Assembly (NCBI GenBank): GCA_964019425.1
Contig: OZ025785.1
Location: 1,178,001 to 1,242,000, forward strand
Source of the DNA: Flectonema sp. DT1601
Taxonomy: Eukaryota
Direction: 5' to 3'
Length of the DNA: 64,000 bases
Position 1 is the first letter of the stretch, and every line of letters begins with the position of its first letter. The notes under the pieces were generated by a model. That model had not been told where the DNA came from. It did not search any database and was given only the letters and a program-made list of their open reading frames with translations. Positions 58,248 to 64,000 of this stretch are shown here, piece by piece. The translations under genes were made by a program, and so were the position numbers.

Positions 58248-60485
58248 ATGACGACAGTAAACAATCAATCAACTCGTATTGCTGACGCGTATTCTCCGTT
58301 TCGCATCTTTTACTCGGATGATGACACGGAAGAAGATCGTCGCAAGAAAAGGATTGCTGTATCTAGTATAATGTTCGGCTATGTGGGCATGGGCACTGCT
58401 TTGTTGATCCCATCACCAGCCTATGTAACACTTTCTTGTTATGGAGTAGCAAGTAGTCTGCCATTTATGTTGAAATGGGCGATCACAAAGAAACAAAGAG
58501 ACAATGAGATAGCTGCGGTTCTGCTACTCTTGGTTCCAATGATATTACTATTTGACTTGGTATTTATGAGTGAAATGATGGATCCCATTTGGCCGACTGT
58601 AGTGTTAGTAGCGGATGTTGCGTTGCTTTGTAAATTACCCACAAGAGTTACTTCAACAATCATAGTATTAGTAACTTTATATATGATCTTGCTGTGTTCA
58701 GAAAGAATCCTGAGATTCGGTCTTTTCGAACTGATACCAAGCAAAAAGATGAGATTATTAGACACATGTTTCAACATAACACAAGACGAAATAGATGCCA
58801 CCCCGTGTAAAATGGGTGCGGCTGACGTGATGTCTATTACTGTAGTATATTTAGGTGTCTTTATCCTTGACTATTACTGTACGAGGGGATTCGCTGTGGG
58901 TATGCGAAATGAACAGGCTAAACTAAAAGCCAGTGTGTCCCTTGCTGAGAATGTTGTCACTTCTCTTGTTAGATTTGATTTGGAAGAAGCGAAAAGTCAA
59001 CTCTCCAGTGAAGACACTCCGCTAACAGCAACTCTATCAACTCTGATAGAAAACTTACGACTATATCGTCCATACTTACCAGATGCTTTATTTGAGCTTT
59101 CTGAGCAGGTGAGATCCCGTGACACGGTGAAACCTCCTGAAGGACATGCTGCCATAGTCTTCACTGACTTGAAATCATCAACAGCTATTTGGGAAGCCTC
59201 ACCCGATGCTATGAAGCGCGCGTTGAAAACCCACAACAAGATAATTCGCAATGGGATATCTGAATTTGAAGGTTACGAAGTGAAAACGATTGGAGATTCG
59301 TTTATGGTGGCGTTTGCCGAATTCGAATCCGCCTGCAAATTCGCGATGTCGATCCAAGAGAAGTTCAGCTATGCTTCATGGCCTAATGATTTGGTGCTTC
59401 CGGCAGAATTTCAGAGGCATGCATGGACAGGTCTTATGATGCGAATTGGTGTTCACTTCGGAGAAGTTGAAAGCGACCTCGACACTCACAATGGTCGAAC
59501 TGATTATGTTGGGAGAAGTGTTAACAAAGCTGCTCGTCTTGAAGGTGTTTGTGCACCTGGTGCTGTTGCTATTGACAGTTCTTTACTACACTTTTTAAAC
59601 ATTCATGAGGGATGGTCTACTCGACAGATCTCTGAAAAGTTGAAAGGAATTGCAGAGGAACAAACGGACATAACCCTTCTCTTCCCTAATACTCTAGAAC
59701 ATGAAAGTTCAACCTCCTCAGTGTGTTGTAGTTGGAGGAGTATGAGTAGTGCTGTAAGTGAAACACTTGTTGATAAGTTGACCTTAAAGAGATCCGCCAC
59801 CACAAGTATTTTCAACCTTGAAATGAGCAGCGAGGGTATTCACGTTCAAAATCACATAAACACATCGCTAGCGAAATCCATTGGCTGTTTGGAACGTACG
59901 GATGGGTCGATCGTATCGGTTCTTGCTTCTTTCATAACTGTTGGTTGGAATACCAGCCGCCAATCATCTTCACATCTGCAAAGTGGAATCAGATTTGTTT
60001 CACTTCTGTTTGGTTTGTTTTCAGAGGGAGACGTCTTTGTTGGAATCTCTTCGAGTCCCGTTCACTGTGGGTGGATTGGAACAAAAGAACAACGATTTAT
60101 TACCGTCTTTGGTGACTGTGTTCAGAATTGCATGCACCTCTGCCAATCATGTGCTGATATTTCTGCCTTTGCCCTCTGCTCTGACTTTCCCACTGAAGTC
60201 AGTGTGTTGCGTCCTATCGATCGCTGGAGAGGAAGTAATGGTGTCAAAACAGTTTACCAGATAAATGCTTCAAAATTAAAGCAGATAATTGCAACTAAAA
60301 CACCTGAAGAAGTAGTGGACAACGAAGATCAGAGCAGTGAATGGGGTTGGAGTTCAGAATACACGGACGCTTTTACAAAGGGAGACTGGGAGACAATTGA
60401 AGAACAGCGAAACCCTTCCGACGATGTCTTGAAGAGAGTTGCTGAACTTGCTCGGACTGGAAAGAGTCTGCGAATGATATTTTAG
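58248..60485 (+). CDS. Six-TM class III adenylyl cyclase, copy 3 (745 aa)
   Basis: Same catalytic motifs; intact ORF. Confidence 0.93.
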   Translation: MTTVNNQSTRIADAYSPFRIFYSDDDTEEDRRKKRIAVSSIMFGYVGMGTALLIPSPAYVTLSCYGVASSLPFMLKWAITKKQRDNEIAAVLLLLVPMILLFDLVFMSEMMDPIWPTVVLVADVALLCKLPTRVTSTIIVLVTLYMILLCSERILRFGLFELIPSKKMRLLDTCFNITQDEIDATPCKMGAADVMSITVVYLGVFILDYYCTRGFAVGMRNEQAKLKASVSLAENVVTSLVRFDLEEAKSQLSSEDTPLTATLSTLIENLRLYRPYLPDALFELSEQVRSRDTVKPPEGHAAIVFTDLKSSTAIWEASPDAMKRALKTHNKIIRNGISEFEGYEVKTIGDSFMVAFAEFESACKFAMSIQEKFSYASWPNDLVLPAEFQRHAWTGLMMRIGVHFGEVESDLDTHNGRTDYVGRSVNKAARLEGVCAPGAVAIDSSLLHFLNIHEGWSTRQISEKLKGIAEEQTDITLLFPNTLEHESSTSSVCCSWRSMSSAVSETLVDKLTLKRSATTSIFNLEMSSEGIHVQNHINTSLAKSIGCLERTDGSIVSVLASFITVGWNTSRQSSSHLQSGIRFVSLLFGLFSEGDVFVGISSSPVHCGWIGTKEQRFITVFGDCVQNCMHLCQSCADISAFALCSDFPTEVSVLRPIDRWRGSNGVKTVYQINASKLKQIIATKTPEEVVDNEDQSSEWGWSSEYTDAFTKGDWETIEEQRNPSDDVLKRVAELARTGKSLRMIF

Positions 60486-60720
60486 TCAGCACTCGCAATA
60501 CGGTGAAATCGGGACAGATGTATCCTTGGAGAGTTCATTCATAATTATTTTGTGTCATTTCTATGCCACAGCATTGCCCTTTTTTATTTACACCGACAAG
60601 GTTCGGAGAAGAAACTATTCAGATTAAGAGCCGTTATTTATTATTGTTGTCTGTGGTCAACTGTTTAGAGTATTCTTATATCTTTTGATTTAACAGTGAA
60701 ATGATTTACTGAAGGTCAAC

Positions 60721-62958
60721 ATGACGACAGTAAACAATCAATCAACTCGTATTGCTGACGCGTATTCTCCGTTTCGAATCTTTTACTCGGATGATGACAC
60801 GGAAGAAGATCGTCGCAAGAAAAGGATTTCTATATCTACTATAATATTCGGCTATGTGGGGATAGGAACGACTTTCTTCTCTCTATCAATCACTTTCGTA
60901 ACGCTTTCTTTTTACGGAGTAGTAAGTAGTCTCCCATTTATGTTGAAATGGGGAATCACAAAGAAACAAACAGACAATGAGATAGCTGCGGTTCTGTTAC
61001 TCTGGATACCACTCATTTTGCTAGTAGACTTAACACATATGAGTGAAATGATGGATCCCGTTTGGCCGACTGTAGTGTTAGTAGCGGATGTTGCGTTGCT
61101 CTGTAAATTACCCACAAGAGTTGCTTCAACAATCGTATTAGCAGTATCTTTCTATATGATCTTAGTGTGTTTTGAAAGAATCCTGAGATTTGGTCTTTTT
61201 GACATATTATCAACCAAAAAGATGAGATTATTAGACACATGTTTCAACATCACACAAGAAGAAATAGATGCCACCCCGTGTAAAACTGAACCCGTTGATG
61301 CTGCAGCGTTTTGTATTGTTTATTTGGGTGTCTTTATCCTTGACTATTACTGTACGATGGGATTCGCTGTGGGTATGCGAAATGAACAGGCTAAACTAAA
61401 AGCCAGTGTGTCCCTTGCTGAGAATGTTGTCACTTCTCTTGTTGGATTTGATTTGGAAGAAGCGAAAAGTCAACTCTCCAGTGAAGACACTCCGCTAACA
61501 GCAACTCTATCAACTCTGATAGAAAACTTACGACTATATCGTCCATACTTACCAGATGCTTTATTTGAGCTATCTGAGCAGGTAGGATCCCGTGACACGG
61601 TGAAACCTCCTGAAGGACATGCTGCCATAGTCTTCACTGACTTGAAATCTTCAACAGCTATTTGGGAAGCCTCACCCGATGCTATGAAGCGCGCGTTGAA
61701 AACCCACAACAAGATAATTCGCAATGGGATATCTGAATTTGAAGGTTACGAAGTGAAAACGATTGGAGATTCGTTTATGGTGGCGTTTGCCGAATTCGAA
61801 TCCGCCTGCAAATTCGCGATGTCGATCCAAGAAAAGTTCAGCTATGCTTCATGGCCTAATGATTTGGTGCTTCCGGCAGAATTCCAAAGGCATGCATGGA
61901 CAGGTCTTATGATGCGAATTGGTGTTCACTTCGGAGAAGTTGAAAGCGACCTCGACACTCACAATGGTCGAACTGATTATGTTGGGAGAAGTGTTAACAA
62001 AGCTGCTCGTCTTGAAGGTGTTTGTGCACCTGGTGCTGTTGCTATTGACAGTTCTTTACTACACTTTTTAAACATTCATGAGGGATGGTCTACTCGACAG
62101 ATCTCTGAAAAGTTGAAAGGAATTGCAGAGGAACAAACAGACATAACCCTTCTCTTCCCTAATACTCTAGAACATGAAAGTTCAACCTCCTCAGTGTGTT
62201 GTAGTTGGAGGAGTATGAGTAGTGCTGTAAGTGAAACACTTGTTGATAAGTTGACTTTAAAGAGATCCGCCACCACAAGTATTTTCAACCTTGAAATGAG
62301 CAGCGAGGGTATTCACGTTCAAAATCACATAAACACATCGCTAGCGAAATCCATTGGCTGTTTGGAACGTACGGATGGGTCGATCGTATCGGTTCTTGCT
62401 TCTTTCATAACTGTTGGTTGGAATACCAGCCGCCAATCATCTTCACATCTGCAAAGTGGAATCAGATTTGTTTCACTTCTGTTTGGTTTGTTTTCAGAGG
62501 GAGACGTCTTTGTTGGAATCTCTTCGAGTCCCGTTCACTGTGGGTGGATTGGAACAAAAGAACAACGATTTATTACCGTCTTTGGTGACTGTGTTCAGAA
62601 TTGCATGCACCTCTGCCAATCATGTGCTGATATTTCTGCCTTTGCCCTCTGCTCTGACTTTCCCACTGAAGTCAGTGTGTTGCGTCCTATCGATCGCTGG
62701 AGAGGAAGTAATAGTGTCAAAACAGTTTACCAGATAAATGCTTCAAAATTAAAGCAGATAATTGCAACTAAAACACCTGAAGAAGTAGTGGACAACGAAG
62801 ATCAGAGCAGTGAATGGGGTTGGAGTTCAGAATACACGGACGCTTTTACAAAAGGAGACTGGGAGACAATTGAAGAACAGCGAAACCCTTCCGACGATGT
62901 CTTGAAGAGAGTTGCTGAACTTGCTCGGACTGGAAAGAGTCTGCGAATGATATTTTAG
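60721..62958 (+). CDS. Six-TM class III adenylyl cyclase, copy 4 (745 aa)
   Basis: Same catalytic motifs; intact ORF. Confidence 0.93.
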   Translation: MTTVNNQSTRIADAYSPFRIFYSDDDTEEDRRKKRISISTIIFGYVGIGTTFFSLSITFVTLSFYGVVSSLPFMLKWGITKKQTDNEIAAVLLLWIPLILLVDLTHMSEMMDPVWPTVVLVADVALLCKLPTRVASTIVLAVSFYMILVCFERILRFGLFDILSTKKMRLLDTCFNITQEEIDATPCKTEPVDAAAFCIVYLGVFILDYYCTMGFAVGMRNEQAKLKASVSLAENVVTSLVGFDLEEAKSQLSSEDTPLTATLSTLIENLRLYRPYLPDALFELSEQVGSRDTVKPPEGHAAIVFTDLKSSTAIWEASPDAMKRALKTHNKIIRNGISEFEGYEVKTIGDSFMVAFAEFESACKFAMSIQEKFSYASWPNDLVLPAEFQRHAWTGLMMRIGVHFGEVESDLDTHNGRTDYVGRSVNKAARLEGVCAPGAVAIDSSLLHFLNIHEGWSTRQISEKLKGIAEEQTDITLLFPNTLEHESSTSSVCCSWRSMSSAVSETLVDKLTLKRSATTSIFNLEMSSEGIHVQNHINTSLAKSIGCLERTDGSIVSVLASFITVGWNTSRQSSSHLQSGIRFVSLLFGLFSEGDVFVGISSSPVHCGWIGTKEQRFITVFGDCVQNCMHLCQSCADISAFALCSDFPTEVSVLRPIDRWRGSNSVKTVYQINASKLKQIIATKTPEEVVDNEDQSSEWGWSSEYTDAFTKGDWETIEEQRNPSDDVLKRVAELARTGKSLRMIF

Positions 62959-63170
62959 TCAGCACTCGCAATACGGTGAAATCGGGACAGATGTATCCTT
63001 GGAGAGTTCATTCATAATTATTTTGTGTCATTTCTATGCCACAGCATTGCCTTTTTTTATTTACACCGACTGATTAAGAGCCGTTATTTATTATTGTTGT
63101 TTGTGGTCAACTGTTTAGAATATTCTTATATCTTTTGATTTAACAGTGAAATGATTTACTGAAGGTCAAC

Positions 63171-64000
63171 ATGACGACAGTAAACAATCAATCAACTCGT
63201 ATTGCTGACGCGTATTCTCCGTTTCGCATCTTTTACTCGGATGATGACACGGAAGAAGATCGTCGCAAGAAAAAAATCTCTACATCTACTGTAATGTTCG
63301 GCTATGTGGGTATGGGGGCGTCTTTGTTATCTGCAACTTCAACCTATGTAATGCTTTATTCTTACTGTGTATTAAGTAGTCTCCCATTTATGTTGAAATG
63401 GGCGATCACGAAAAAACAAAGAGACAATGAGATAGCTGCGGTTCTGCTACTCTGGGTACCACTAATATTACTATTTGACTTGGTACATATGAGTGAGATG
63501 ATGGATCCCATTTGGCCGACTGTAGTGTTGACAGTTGATGTCACATTGCTTTGTAAATTACCCACAAGAGTTACTTCAACAATCGTATTAACTGTATCCT
63601 TCTATATGTCCTTGTTGTGTGCAGAAAGAATCCTGAGATTTGGTCTTTTTGACATATTCCCAGTCGAAAAACTAAAACTTATGAACAAGTGTTTCAACAT
63701 CACACAAGAGGAAATAGATGCCACCCCGTGCAAAATAGAACCAACATATGCGGTCACGTTTTGTATGTTATATTTAGGTGTCTTTATCCTTGACTATTAC
63801 TGTACGAGGGGATTCGCTGTGGGTATGCGAAATGAACAGGCTAAACTAAAAGCCAGTGTGTCCCTTGCTGAGAATGTTGTCACTTCTCTTGTTAGATTTG
63901 ATTTGGAAGAAGCGAAAAGTCAACTCTCCAGTGAAGACACTCCGCTAACAGCAACTCTATCAACTCTGATAGAAAACTTACGACTATATCGTCCATACTT
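63171..64000 (+). CDS. Six-TM adenylyl cyclase, copy 5, 3'-partial (absent from ORF track)
   Basis: ATG at 63171 (MTTVNNQSTRIADAYSPF...), open to the window end (...IENLRLYRPY). Confidence 0.92.
   Translation, partial: MTTVNNQSTRIADAYSPFRIFYSDDDTEEDRRKKKISTSTVMFGYVGMGASLLSATSTYVMLYSYCVLSSLPFMLKWAITKKQRDNEIAAVLLLWVPLILLFDLVHMSEMMDPIWPTVVLTVDVTLLCKLPTRVTSTIVLTVSFYMSLLCAERILRFGLFDIFPVEKLKLMNKCFNITQEEIDATPCKIEPTYAVTFCMLYLGVFILDYYCTRGFAVGMRNEQAKLKASVSLAENVVTSLVRFDLEEAKSQLSSEDTPLTATLSTLIENLRLYRPY

Larger units (their letters stand above)
53282..64000 (+). repeat. Head-to-tail tandem gene array, unit ~2.44-2.47 kb, >=5 copies, continues beyond the window
   Basis: ATGs at 53334, 55807, 58248, 60721 and 63171. 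Spacers and 3' coding parts are near-identical. Confidence 0.97.

Noticed and set aside
329..63565. Numerous short minus-strand and alternative-frame ORFs inside long genes
   Set aside because: Antisense or frame shadows with biased composition (Ser/Phe/Ile-rich) and no motifs; those in the cyclase array recur only because the DNA is repeated.
53334..64000. Diversity-generating retroelement or CRISPR-like mechanism behind the cyclase variation
   Set aside because: No reverse transcriptase, template repeat or repeat-spacer array in the window; substitutions do not appear confined to adenines.
1..64000. tRNA, rRNA, SL RNA genes or transposons
   Set aside because: None recognised by eye; tRNAscan-SE, Infernal and a repeat library search would be needed to exclude them.

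Overview
AT-rich eukaryotic genomic DNA. Every credible gene is on the + strand. Genes are nearly intron-free, separated by poly(T)/poly(A)-rich spacers, and mostly preceded by a T-rich tract + AG. Together with a few short GT-AG introns, this suggests a euglenozoan, most plausibly a diplonemid (inference; I cannot confirm the taxon). Contents: (1) A giant gene entering from the left edge. The two big ORFs (34..26427, 26650..31953) join through two short introns and an 87-nt exon into one protein of at least 10,598 aa: several helical-repeat families, a 49-aa-period coiled coil, FN3-like repeats, then PH-like + degenerate inositol 5-phosphatase + C2-like + DysF domains. (2) A 797-aa coiled-coil protein. 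(3) A 242-aa type I membrane protein. (4) A 2982-aa type II membrane protein with LVIVD-like repeats and a long beta-rich region. (5) NAD(P)HX epimerase. (6) An MSP + degenerate class-3 lipase + TM protein. (7) A two-exon macrodomain protein. (8) A tandem array of at least 5 six-TM class III adenylyl cyclases running off the right edge, with hypervariable predicted extracellular loops and near-identical cytoplasmic parts. The most notable observations are the diversifying 6TM cyclase array, the giant pseudo-phosphatase/DysF protein, and introns whose 3' ends are A/C-rich instead of pyrimidine-rich.
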